From NCBI RefSeq assembly GCF_000143415.4, contig NW_003314396.1, forward strand, positions 247,046 through 311,045: a DNA stretch of 64,000 bases. The letters are read 5' to 3'. The position numbers and the translations under genes were made by a program. Below, piece after piece: positions 37,344-49,553 of the stretch. This DNA comes from Selaginella moellendorffii (lineage: Eukaryota > Plantae > Lycopodiophyta). Numbering within the stretch: the stretch's first letter is position 1; every line of letters starts with the position of its first letter. The notes beneath the pieces were generated by a model. The model worked only from the letters and a program-made list of their open reading frames with translations. It searched no databases and was not told the DNA's origin.

Positions 37344-39192
37344 TGTAAGCGACTAATTTTTCCATTCTACTTTAGTCACTTAACCACACCTCCGACCACT
37401 TGGAGGAGTCTCATTCACAACCTCCATAAGCCCAACTCAGGACTTGGGGCTTGCTAGCCCCGAGAATGGCATCCATGCCACTCAACCTTAGCACTTGGTC
37501 CAAGTGCTCCACGTGTCCGATCCCATGATCGACACCCCAAGGTACCACCGACATATCGGCCCGTTACGCTAAGGCCATGCCCATTTACCTCGGTCACACT
37601 GGTGGTCCAACACCACCTACATTCCAATCCCGTCTCTCAAAGACTGGGTCATCCATCCATGAGTGATCATCCCAGATCCACTCCTTAACATCCTTAGGAT
37701 GCCTACAGACATGGGGAATAACCTTCCCCAATACCTCTGTTCCGGTCCCCACCAAGTCCCTTTCTGTCCTTGGCTGTGTTCGCCAACACTGCCACTGGAT
37801 CGAGGCCCACCGGCCCGACCACTAAGTCCCACTATCCTCTAGGACTTCCTCACTGTGTGACTGTGTCCTTGGTCACTACCCCAGAGGACTGCTCCTCTTC
37901 CTTTCCACAGTCTGGGCCTTTGGGACAACATTTCGGAACACCGTGGCCTTACGCGAGCCACCTGGGTACTCTCCTCGCTTTCTGCCCTTGGGTGCTCTAG
38001 CCATGGGCTTAGAGCGGGTTCCGTTGAGCCACACCAGGTATCCAAGTAGGTAGTGCCACCCACACTTGGACTGGGAGCATTGGCCAGTCGATCTCCCGGG
38101 GGAACTAGAGCCGGCTCTTGAACACTTCACCAAGCTACCCCGCTTGTCGGTCCGTGTTCACTCTAGCCTTGGACTTCCCAGTGGGCAGCTCATCACCCAA
38201 CACTGGGTCCGGCCTTCCTGGGCCAAACTGGCCTTTCCTGGCCAAACTGGCTCCACTGCAGTCCTCCCCCTACTATACTTTTGGAGCTCACCAAACCCCC
38301 CAGGGTCTGGGAGACGAACGCTTTGGGCTTTCACCCTCTCAGGCTCCGGACTCAGACTCGGACTCGGACTCGGACTCGGACTCGGACTCGGACTCGGGCT
38401 CGGCCTCGGTCTCGGCCTCGGCCTCGGTCTCGGTCTCGGTCCTGATCTCGGTCTCGGTCTCGGTCTCGGTCCCGGTCTCGGTCCCGGTCTCGGTCTCGAC
38501 TTCGGACTCCATCTCGGACATCATCTCGGACTCCATCTCGGACTCCATCTCGGACTCCATCTCGGGTCCATCTCGGGTCCATCTCGGACTCCATCTCGGA
38601 CTCCATCTCGGGTCCATCTCGGACTCCATCTCGGACTCCATTTCGGGTCCATCTCGGGTCCACCTCAGACTCCATCTCGGACTCCATCTCGGACTCCATC
38701 TCAGACTCCATCTCGGACTCCATCTCGGGTCCATCTCGGGTCCATCTCGGACTCCATCTCGGACTCCATCTCGGGTCCATCTCGAACTCCATCTCGGACT
38801 CCATTTCGGGTCCATCTCGGGTCCACCTCGGACTCCATCTCGGACTCCATCTCGGACTCCATCTCAGGTCCATCTCAGACTCCACTACGGACTCCAACTC
38901 GGGTCCATCTCGGGTCCACCTCGGACTCCACTTCGGACTCCAACTCGGGTCCATCTCGGACACTCCCACGTGTCATGTGTTAGTCCTTTTGGGTCCCTTT
39001 TTGGAGCCTCGCCTTTTGCTCGCTTCGTGCTCGTTCCTCGAGCACTTCGTTGGGAGTTCCACTCCCGCTCTTGACTTTTCAAGTCGGAGCTTTTGGTCCA
39101 AACGTGTTACGCTCGTTTGGCTCTCGCTTCGGCCACTACCATGTGGCGCCCTTCCGGCTCCACTTTGGGGCCTAGGGATTTTGTGTCTCACA
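37344..39192 (-). mobile_element. Family C solo LTR with an expanded 12-bp (GGACTCCATCTC) minisatellite
   Basis: TG...CA termini, TSD GAGAG (37339-43 and 39193-97), inserted in the family B LTR. Confidence 0.93.
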
Positions 39193-39681
39193 GAGAGTTC
39201 CTTCAAGACTAGTTCATGGACCTCACTATCCCTACTATACTTTTGGAACCCCCTACAGCCCCCCCTTTGGGAGACATACGATTTAGGCTTTCACCCCTTG
39301 ACCTGTATTAGTACTCGGACTTGGTTTCGGACTCGATCTCGGACCGGACCTTGGACTCAATCTCGGACTTGACTTCAGACCCAATCTCGGACTCGACCTC
39401 GGACCCAATCTCGAACTCGACCTCGGACTCGACCTCGGACTCGGTCTCAGACCCGATCTCGGATCTAGGACTCTGTCTCGAGCTCGGTTTAGAACTCGGT
39501 CTCGAACTCGGTCTGGAAGTCAGCCTCGGACTCGATCCTAGACTCTATCTTGAACACGGTCTTAGAGTCAGTCTTGGACTCGATCTCAAACTCAGTCCCA
39601 TCCGATGAACTCTTTATCATTTCAGTCGTGCTTTCGGGGATCCTTTTAGCCTACGACACCTCAAGGAGTTGGTTTCTTATA

Positions 39682-39858
39682 GTAACTTTCAAAACCTGAA
39701 GTCACATTTGCGACACTCTCCCCCCCTAGGGAAGATCGACGTCCTCATTGATGCATACTCGAGTCTAGACCACCGCCAAGGAAACAACTCCAGAAAAAAG
39801 TTCACAGTGATCACACTATATGAGAAATGCATCAACTTAAATGAGTTAGGAGGCAACC
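39682..39858 (-). mobile_element. Family A 3' UTR, PPT and first ~33 bp of the 3' LTR (inverted)
   Basis: Reverse complement of ~20236-20410 / 14217-14250. Confidence 0.85.
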
Positions 39859-41067
39859 CCTTAATGGACCAAACGGGTAAAGGGAAGATGGTATGGATAG
39901 CGAAATGCAAGGCGGCATTTGTCCACCTCAAAGGGAAGTTGAGGAAGACCCCCGTGGTTGTGTTACCTGACTTTGGTAATGACTTTAAGGTAGAAACAGA
40001 TGCTTTGGACTTTGTGTTGAGCACAGTTTTGAAGCAAGACAACCATCCAATGGCGTTCTTCTCGAAAAAGTTGGATAAGGCTCAGCGAAAGTGGCCTGCC
40101 CACAAAAAGGAATTATTTGCGGTGGTCAAGGTGCTCAAGGAGTGATAACACTACCTTGGGAGGGACTTCAAAGTTTACACGGATAATGTGGCAACAAAAC
40201 ACTTCTTGTCACAGCCCGACCTAAGATGGAAACAAAGTTAGTGGGCCAATGCTTTGGCTGAGTTCAATTGCAAGATTCTGTATAAACCTGGGAAGAGCAA
40301 TATCGTGGCAGATGCTCTAAGTCGAAAGGCAAGCTTGAAGTTGGCAATATTTAGCGCAACAGCCACATTTTGGGATGATGTGCGGACAATGTATGAGAAC
40401 GATGGTCTAGCACAAGAAGTGTTGCTAAGGAACCAAGAAGCGCGAAAAGCTCACTAGAGAAGTGAACTGCCAACAGAAGAGAAAACAGGTTATATAGAAC
40501 GCAATGGACTCATCTATTATAAACAACCAAAGGTTTATGTTTCAGAAGGGGAACTAAGGAAGGTAGCCTTAGAAAAGTGTTATGATAGACCTCTTGCAGG
40601 ACACGGCAGAGTGCCCAAGATGATGGGCTTACTCAAGAGGACATATCACTAGCCAGATATGGCTAAGGACGTCCAAGACTATGTAAAGACATGTCCAACA
40701 TATCAGCAAGTCAAAGCCGTGACTAAGGTTAGTGGGGGCTTGTTACAAGGCATCCCAATTTCAAATCGTCTATGGAAATGTCTTATGATAGACTTCATCA
40801 CGAGACTCCCCCCAAGTGAGGGGTTTGATGCAATATTTGTGGTGGTGGACCGATTTTCAAAGATGGCACATTTGATACCCACCACAATGGAAGTGGATGC
40901 GGAAGGTGTGGCGAAGCTGTTCTTTGAACAAGTGGTTCGAGTGTGGGGAAGGCTAGAAGAGATTATCTCAGATCCAGATAAGATCTTCACCAGTAGGTTT
41001 TGGAGAACTTTCCTAGAACAGCATCACACCAAGTTGAAATTTAGCACAGCCTATCACCCACATATAG

Positions 41068-41114
41068 GTATTGGGTATTAAGTCAAGTTTGATAGCACTA
41101 ACACTTCTTGACAG
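41068..41114 (+). other. Putative spliceosomal intron 1 in family B integrase (47 nt)
   Basis: G|GTATTG...CTAAC...TTCTTGACAG|AC. Removal restores STAYHPHID-RQTERVN. Confidence 0.85.
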
Positions 41115-41532
41115 ACAGACAAACGGAAAGGGTGAATATGCAGCTGGAGGATTATTTGCGATTCTATGTCTCGAGAGACCAAACTGATTGGGTAAGTCAT
41201 TTGGGACTTGCGGAAATGTGCTATAACAATTCACCACACTTGAGTATCAGGATGAGTCCATAGGAAATCATCAATGGGCAAGCTATTGAAGGTCCTGTGG
41301 AACTCAGTGTGGCCGAGTATCGTGGAGAGTTACCCGCAGTGGAAGCTTTCATGGCAGAAAGACTCAACATATGGATTTTAGTGAGGGATTCCTTGAAACG
41401 GGCTCAACAAAGGCAAACCAAGTATGTGAACCAGAAGCGCCGGGACGTAGAGTTCAACACTAGGGAAAAGGTGTGGCTGAACACTAAGAACCTAAAGCTA
41501 CCAAATGGGATCAACCAGAAGTTGACCCAAAG

Positions 41533-41583
41533 GTAAAGTGCATGTATTCCTAGAAATGAAATGATCTTGAGTTCTTTAAGCAG
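41533..41583 (+). other. Putative spliceosomal intron 2 in family B integrase (51 nt; homologue at 4467-4518, 52 nt)
   Basis: AG|GTAAAG...TTTAAGCAG|G. Removal restores KLTQR-FAGPYEI (GPY/F motif) in both copies. Confidence 0.85.
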
Positions 41584-43286
41584 GTTCGCGGGGCCTTACG
41601 AAATTAAGGCAAGAATCGGTAAAGTAGCTTACCGCCTCCGACTTCCTCGAGAGATGTCACATCCTTATTGCTTGCTCTTGCACATATTGAGGATGGCCTC
41701 GACTTCGTATTCCTTTTCCCCTTGGATAACCTTAGGTAAAGGTCTCATTTGGTCCTTGCGAAGCGGATCCTCAAAGTACGGCTTGAGTAAGTTCACATGG
41801 AACACTGGGTGCATCTTCCCTAGATTTCTTGAGTGATCTTCCGAGTTCTAGAGGCTTCAACAGCATTTTAGTTGTGGTGGATCACTTCACAAAGATGGCG
41901 CACTTCCTGCCGTGTACCAAGGAGTTTTCTGGCGATGACATGGGGTGAGGGAGTTCCATGTGAAGTGAAAAGCATTTCCACACTGCGAAGCAACATAGGA
42001 ACCGGAGGAGAACCTAACAAACACGCAAAATCTATTGAAGGAATTTTTACAAAGTAAAACTCTATGTACTTATGCAAAGTTCAATTAAAAGTATCAATTG
42101 GTGAAGTTGAGCAATGGCATATGTTGGGACCTGAAGGCGTGCCGAAGGTAAGCTAATTAGCATTTAGCTAGGTCGATCAGGTGTAGAGAACTACACCTGA
42201 CTCCCCGCGGGGATGTCAAATCCGTAGACATATTCTATAGAGGTTGGGTTTGAGTCCCAACCCCCTAGTAAAGCAAGGCTGGGTTCAAGTCCCGACCCCA
42301 TATTAAAGCATGGTGAGGTGAGGGGTATAGGGACACCTATATTTTGTTGTCATTGGCTCTTGGCCAGGGAGGCTAACTTAGGCACACCGCTAAGTGGGGG
42401 GATGCCCCCAGAGACATGGTCAACAAGTCATAGTATTAAAAAGAGACATTCGATATGGGCATGAAACTTCTTCTATGGGTGGTGGAGTTGTAAGAAACCA
42501 ACTCCCCAAGGTGTTGTAAGCTAAAAGGATCCCCGAAAGCATGACCAAAATGATAAAGAGTTCATCAGATGGGACTGAGTCTGAGATCGAGTCTAAGACC
42601 ATCTCTAAGACCGAGTTTGAGATAGGGTCCGGGATCGAGTCCGAGGCTGACTCTGAGACCGAGTTCGAGACCGAGTTCGAGAGAGTGCGAGATTCGAGAT
42701 TGGGTCCGAGACTGAGTACGAGGTCGAGTTCGAGGTCGAGACTGAGTTCAAGATCAAGCTCGGGAGCTAACTCTGGTGCTTCCAGCTCATGTGGTGTGGT
42801 GCGCTACTTGAGTACCTTGAGGCTTATTAGTCCTCGCCCTTCCTAGGGGCTTCGGGATGGAAGTGGGAGGGTAGAGGTAGCCATACTGGGCCATTAGGCC
42901 ACGGGGTTTCCTCCCGACGTCCCAAAGCAAGTGTTGCACCCAAGGCTTGGGATTTAGAGGGTTTCATGATCAAGCCTTGTTATACCAAGGGATGTTAGAA
43001 ACCTGGAGGCTTGGTGTGCTTGGCTACTTGTGCCTGCAGAGAGTGTAGCTGAACCTTAAATCCAGACTAACTCAAGGAGGGGTATTGGGAGAGATTTGGG
43101 AATCTGTGTATGGATGGCTAATGCTCTGTTGCTCATGTAGTGAGTAGCTAAAACCAAGTAAGACCAAGTAGGAGCTAGTGCAATAGGTGGGAACGTTGGC
43201 AAAGGAACTTAGCAAAGGCCAAGGCAGTGTTGGTCGGATAAACAAGGTAAGCTAGCAAATTGGAAAGGAAAAATTTGTGGCTTACA

Positions 43287-44416
43287 GTTACCTGTCAACT
43301 AATCCTTTCAGATATTCTTTCCTTACTACCATAACGACAAGAGGTTGGTATTGCTGGACCCGTTATCAGTTCCCACTTGAGCTAGTTGAGAAACTGGTCA
43401 ATAACTATGCACTTAAATTGGATAAACATAAGGTAGGAACCTTATGTGTTTTTTGTTGAGCATACTTGGCCTGGTTTGAGAAATTTGTGTCATTGGCTTG
43501 CACTTGCTAATATCAAGAACCCCTGCGATATTGAGATTGGTCCCTCAATATTTGCTAAATGATAGCTTACCATGTTTGCCAAACACCCTTGCTATCATGC
43601 CCTTTGTGTTAGTTTCATTTCAGTCCCAAATGCTATTTACGGAAAGTGTCTAGATTTGCTCATTTGGCATATCTACAGAATGTAGGGACTATCCTGAATA
43701 CAATAGTATTTGTCCCATGTCCAAATTCACAATCTAGAGACATTCCATATTTAGTAAGTTTCAAGCTTATCCCAGAGACTAACTCCTAATACTAAAAGAG
43801 GCTTGGGGTGAAAGCCCAAAGCGTGTGTTCCTCAAGGGGGCAAGGGGGCTATAAGGGGTTCCAAATGTATAGTAGGGATAGTGGGTAGGTCAGGTATAGC
43901 CAACTAACTTGAGGCATAGTCTAGCTCCCGCTTGCGTGCTTATCCTTGTTTTACGTCTGGCTTGAGTCTAAGCCCAAGTTCCATACCATGCTAGCTGGTG
44001 AAGTATTTATATCTTCACATTAGACCATTGATATGCTGAAATATGGCCAGACTCTATTTAGCTCTGTTTTGCATGCTGGTCCTGACATTGGGATGTTGAA
44101 TGCTCTAAGACTATTCGAAGTCGCTCTATACTCCTGTCCCTTCGCTCCTTGGGCCGTATGCTCAAGAGTCATTCTGTGCTTTAATGCCATTGTTCCTTGG
44201 CTCCATGCTTGGAAATTTGGCACCGTTCCTTCGTTCAGTGGCCCAAGGCTTTAAAACTCAGGTTTTGCACCACTGTCCTTTGGACATGTGGCATGTGGCA
44301 CGTGGCATATGGTACGTGGCATATGACACGTGACACATAAAGGGTTTAGGTTCCACTTCATAGTTATCCTATGGAAAATCACCATAGGATAAAGAGTAAA
44401 AACCACATGTGCTACA
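43287..44416 (+). repeat. Remainder of the family A 3' LTR that was split by the family B insertion
   Basis: Begins GTTACCTGTC (TSD GTTAC) and ends ...TGTGCTACA. Collinear with 14246-15366. Confidence 0.88.
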
Positions 44417-45650
44417 ATAGTGGAGAAGTTTACAAATAAGTATCACCAATTCCAAAAATATAAGGTAGGAGATCTTGTATTTATGTGAGCTAAAGATCTT
44501 TCTTTCCAATGAGTGGCAAAACACCTTAATGTCTTTATGGGTAGGAAGGGTGATAAACTTTCTCACAGATATGCTAGTCTATATAACATATTAGAGCATA
44601 TTTATAAGGTAGCTTATTAGATGTAATTTTCAATTGAGGTAATGATTCATATAATATTTTATATCAGCCAGTTGAAATATGTGCCATCTTGGGGTGAAGG
44701 TTCTAGTGACTCCTTGATGTATATGGTTATAAATGATGGATCAAAATCTTGAGTAAAGTTACCAAAACAATATGATAGCTAGTTGAACTTATCCTTAGGA
44801 CAAGGATTTTGTTAAGGGGGAAGATAAATTGTTAGGCACCAAATTTGACCATGAATTAAAAGTTAGCTCAAATGTATATTAAGGCATAGAGGCTTAACTT
44901 ACCCTAAGGGTTTATAGTAGTGGTGGTGTAGTGGAGCTATTGAAATAGCTCGAGGGTGATTGGGTGGTGAGGAACTTTAACATAGTCTAAGCAAGGTTAG
45001 GCTTTTTTATCTTTGTTGTTTAATGCTAGATTATAACATCCCAGCCATCCTCAAGCCACTCTACTCCATTACTCATATCCCTCCTTAGGATTAAATTGAC
45101 TTGCTAATCCTATACTTAGCTTTAAACCCCAACCATCCTTGAGGCACTCTACTCCATTACCTTTAAATTAATTAGGGTTAATTGACTTGTTAATCCTATA
45201 CTTAGATTGTAAATGAGATTATGGTGTTATGAACTTGAATTTAAACTTACCAAAAGGCTACTTAAAATAGTATTATTTAAACCTAAGGACGCTTAACCCC
45301 AAGTAACCTAAAACTGTTAAACAATTGGAAAAGGAAGTGCACTAAACTCTTTCCCTTTATATTTAAGCTTTCATGGATCATCTCTCAAGTCATTTTCTTT
45401 AATTCCTTACACTTAGTGCATAAATTGCACAATGTGTATTAATGTGGATCTTAAGGAGATTGAGGTTGTACTTTCTTTGTTTATCTATAGAATACTATGG
45501 AAGGCTAAAGGATAGCCATAGGTTATGTTAGAAATCTATAATTAAGATTTTAGGGGTAATACTTTAGGACCTCAAAGGGAAAGCTAGTTTGGTATATGGT
45601 TTGTGGTTGAGATGTGTAATGAGTAGCCTATAGTTTAGTTTAATAATAGG
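44417..45650 (+). mobile_element. Old degenerate Gypsy 3' end with PPT and LTR-like sequence
   Basis: Decayed integrase-tail-like sequence, purine tract AAGGGGGAAGA ~44814-24, then TGTTAG and an internal ~75-bp duplication. Confidence 0.45.
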
Positions 45651-46709
45651 TTTGGAAGAGGAAATATTATTTGGATTTGAGAGAATGTAGGGTTTAAACC
45701 AAAACTTAGACATTTTCTTTACTTTTCTTTTTGACAAGTGAAATAGAAAGAATATATTATTTGCATCAGTTGCATATTCATAATTAGTTTTAGAAATTTA
45801 TCATATTTAAAACTAGTAGCCCATGGACTTCAATCTGAATAAGAAAATTGTCTTGAGACTCTAACCAAAAGCATTCTTTAATATTAATAGAAATGAGAAT
45901 TATGATCCAAATTTAGGACCCATAAGAAGGAATCTATTATCTATCTATTCTATCTTTGCAACTAAAGTAAAGAGCTGAAAACTCTTACTTGAAGCTCAAC
46001 TATTTTCAAAATATGGCTTTTCATGCTTTTTCTATGGTTATAACCCAACACAAAACAACAACGATAAAAGTGTCTAGCCTCACCTAAACTATGATATACT
46101 TCCTTACCACCCAACCACCCCCAAACTACCTTAAAAACTCCACCCCACCACCACTGTCATGAGCATCTAGGGTAAGTTAAGTATCCTTAACCCTAAGACA
46201 TTTGACCCATGTTAACATGTGGTCAAAACTGGTGCATAACAATTCTTCTTCTAACAAAGTCCTTGTCTAAGGATGAGTTGTACTAATGGTCAAGGAACTC
46301 TGCTCAAGCTTTTGGGCTATCATCCACAACCTTATACATCAAGGAGTTACTAGACCATTCACTCCAAGATAATATACCTTTCAATTGATAAACATAAAAT
46401 AGATGAATCCAATAGAAGCTTGTTAATATAAAGCAAATGAACATCCTCCTGAAGGTGGAAATGTCCCAAAGAAGGTGGTAGAGCTGCAACACTTGGATCA
46501 ATGTAGTACTTACAAAATATATAGCAATAAAAACATAAGGACTTTATTGGGAAGAGAGTGTTCACTTGAGAACACAATCAACTTGATTGCAAAGACCGGA
46601 TTCAATATGGGAATATCTTCTCCATAATTTCTTATGATCAAGCTATCAATGCCCATGGTTGATAGAGCTTATGAAACTGTAATGTAGCTCTTATATTCCT
46701 CAACCAAGA

Positions 46710-46749
46710 GCTCTCTCTCTCTCTCTCTGTCTGTCTCTCTCTCTCTGTG

Positions 46750-46808
<59 letters not shown>
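46710..46808. repeat. Compound (CT)n(GT)n(GA)n microsatellite
   Basis: Directly visible. Confidence 0.95.
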
Positions 46809-47264
46809 CTTGCAGCTCAAAATGTGCCTGATTGCCTTAAAAAATTTCACTTGATTTAGAGTGTCATTATAATCAAAATTGAAGCATTGCCACCCTTTTG
46901 GCACATGATCTATGCTGTCTCTTTGAAGTTTTTAAACTTTTAACCATTAGACCAAAAGTATATTCCTAGCTAAAAAAGGAATATATGCTGTCTAAATGCT
47001 AGATAAAAATAGTAGATTTAGATAAGTGAGTATGATATGAGTATGATGATGATGATTCTACAGAAGTTGTCATCTATAAAGGAGAAAACTTGTCACATTC
47101 AATCCATACCTATATCAAAATCCTACCTTCTGCATCAAAACTTTTATTCACCAACTATATGTAGGCATTACTCTAGCATAACCTATATTGAGCACATGGA
47201 ACTTTATAAGTGTAAACTTTCAAGAATTTTGACTTATAAATGTAATAATTGTTGGATTCGGGGT

Positions 47265-47460
47265 GAGAAGATTTCTAGCTGCACATGGGCAAAGATTTAT
47301 AGTGAGCAGCACAGCACATATGGGTGAAGATTTCTAGTGAGCAGCACAGCACATATGGGTGAAGATTTCTAGTGAGCGGCATAGCCCACATGGGCAAAGA
47401 TTTCCAGCGGTGGTGTGGGTGTAACAGTACAGCACACACAGTTGAAGATTTCTGGAGGTG
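47265..47460 (+). repeat. ~35-bp minisatellite
   Basis: Units GAAGATTTCTAGTGAGCAGCACAGCACATATGGGT, ~4-5 copies, some degenerate. Confidence 0.8.
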
Positions 47461-49553
47461 GTGTGGGTGGTGTTGAGTGGCATGGACTAGGATTGTGTGG
47501 TGGCAGGGAGCTAGTAGAGGAGCGGTGCTGCACTAGTGGGCAGCAGTGCACAGTATGGTGGGAGGTGGGAGGAGTGGTGGTGGGTTTCCTGATCGTGGTG
47601 GTGGGAGGATTGGTTGTGAGAGTGGCAGTATGGCAGAGGAATGTGGCAATGGTGGTAGCAGAAGACAATGAAGTTGGTGAGTCTGAGGAAGATAAGGCAA
47701 GAGAAGCAGGGGAAGATGATGGCATAGTCGATAAGGATATTGAAGTCAAGCAACTTCTTATGGTGCTAGGTGAAGCTAGATGAAACTCAGGTTCCAATTA
47801 TGAAGCAGAAGAGGTTATTCAAGCTCAACTTCCAAAGCTATGCAAGTGCTCTTGACAAGCTTTACGAGCTCAAGATCAAGGCTAAGATACCATGTGTGTG
47901 GAATGGTTTCTTGAAGCTCTACAAGGAAAAGGGTATGGCTTTACCTGATAGATGGCATATGTGTTTGGGAACTGCTCAACATCCACATCATCCAATTTCT
48001 CACCCTCCAGCTGCTGAAGATCCTCTGAGGCGATGTTTCTCTTCAAGCCATCCAGGTAAGCTATCACTCTTGATGTCCTAACTATTTGATGAATTCAACA
48101 AGGTGTGAGAACCAACTTGAAAAAGGCATTGACTGGTTCCATGTACCATTAATGCAAGAGCTTTGTCATCTTTACATGACAGGATCCTCACTACACTATG
48201 CTTACATTCCTCCTGAGCTTTAGCATTTGCAAAGTGATATAAGTTTTTTACTTTTTGGAGAGTAGAAAGTCTTGTTTTCTTAGTTCTAGGTGGATGGTGC
48301 TGTTTCAACTCGAGCAATATTTGCTTCCAGACTGGTGATCATGTTGCTCAAGCAAAAATGAGACTTGCCAAAAGTTGTGGCAGAAACTTCAGTTGGAGGT
48401 CTAAGCCTGAGTTTGCGCTCAGAGGCACACAGTACACGTATGGCAACAATGGGGTGTTTTTTTTTCTCTTTACATCTCTTTGAAGTGCTTTTCTGGTGAT
48501 TATACATTCAAGCACTTTGCTAGGGCATATGCCCCTTTCACTTGGTAACCTTAGGTTCTTAGTGTTCAGCCACACCTTATCCCTAGGTTGGAACTTTAGT
48601 TTAAAACCACTACACTGGTCTGTTGATCAGTTTGAAATCATCTATGATGGCTGATTGAGTGATTTGGAGTGTCACTCATATCTATTTTAAGCTGTGGTGG
48701 CTTGTTTTTGTGACAAGGGAGGGATGGTGAAGGAGAAGCGAAAGCCAAGTATGTTGAAGAGCTCATCATGCTGAACATATGCTATCTGTGTGTGGCAGAA
48801 AAAATAAAAAGAAAACGAAGATGGATCAGCTCTGTGGAGCATCACCGTGATCCACGTATATGTATAGGGTTAGGTCATATGAGTACGCCCTGTGTTGGTG
48901 ATTGTTTACGTTTTCCCCTTATAGTTCCATCAAGCTTTGCTAGATAGAGAGAAAGAACATACCTTAAGCCTTGAGTGCGTCAAGGAAGCTCTAGGACTCC
49001 AGTGAGATATTCTTCACGTTGTTGCATCCTCCTAAAGCATAAATTAATTGAAAGGTCTTTGAGGCTTCAGCTGGCGGCCAGATAAAAATGCGAGATTCAT
49101 ACACAGTAATAATAACAAACGCGTCAACCAATAGCAGCATTGTGAGCAGCAGGAGGAAGATGGTCGTGGAGTGGTCACACGGAGGAGAGCACTTATGCTG
49201 AGGTCCTGCCATAAGATCGCACTGCCCTATTACCGAGACATAAGAAACGACATCACTTTCTAACATGTTGGCATATTACCTCTTATCTTTCAGCCGTTGA
49301 CTAGATTTGACCGTACACCTCAGATACCAAATTCCCTTACAGGAATGATGATGGTCACGGATGTAAAATAGGCGACCACCTCAGTTGTTTGTTGGAGTGT
49401 GCTAGACGTTTCTGTAGGTGAATGTCCATTTATATAATGTGTGGAGCATGATATAAATTGATTGGCACCTATGAAACTTGATGGGCATGCCATTCCCACT
49501 CTTTCTTTAATGTAAGAATACATTTTCTTAATGCAATGTACCATCATAAAGCT

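Larger units (their letters stand above)
31660..39681 (-). mobile_element. 5' half of family B copy 2 (5' LTR 39681-36668, PBS, gag, zinc knuckle, protease), inverted and carrying three nested insertions
   Basis: Gag PPVFKG...DWFYDMEDYF...AKSWW, CYNCGEAGHFSREC, protease ILIDMGA and DVIFGMDW. Gag frame runs across the removed insertions (QEYVNGF|IAKRILV). Confidence 0.88.
39859..43286 (+). mobile_element. 3' half of family B copy 2 (RNase H, intron-containing integrase, chromodomain, PPT, 3' LTR 42489-43286)
   Basis: Integrase motifs DVQDYVKTCPTYQ, IDFITRLP, VVVDRFSKMAH, IISDPD, STAYHP..QTERVN, FAGPY. PPT and LTR as in copy 1. Confidence 0.92.

Noticed and set aside
32839-39082. Long RS/RP-, ET/ES- and LG-repeat ORFs resembling SR or structural proteins (also 1336-1924, 5354-5999, 59007-59752)
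   Set aside because: They are translations of hexamer minisatellites inside LTRs and are open in several frames on both strands.
47369-49330. Possible small genes (ORFs 47415-48081 and 48991-49266)
   Set aside because: No recognisable domain or consistent exon chain. The region includes a small Gypsy fragment (~48530-48600), so no gene call is supportable.
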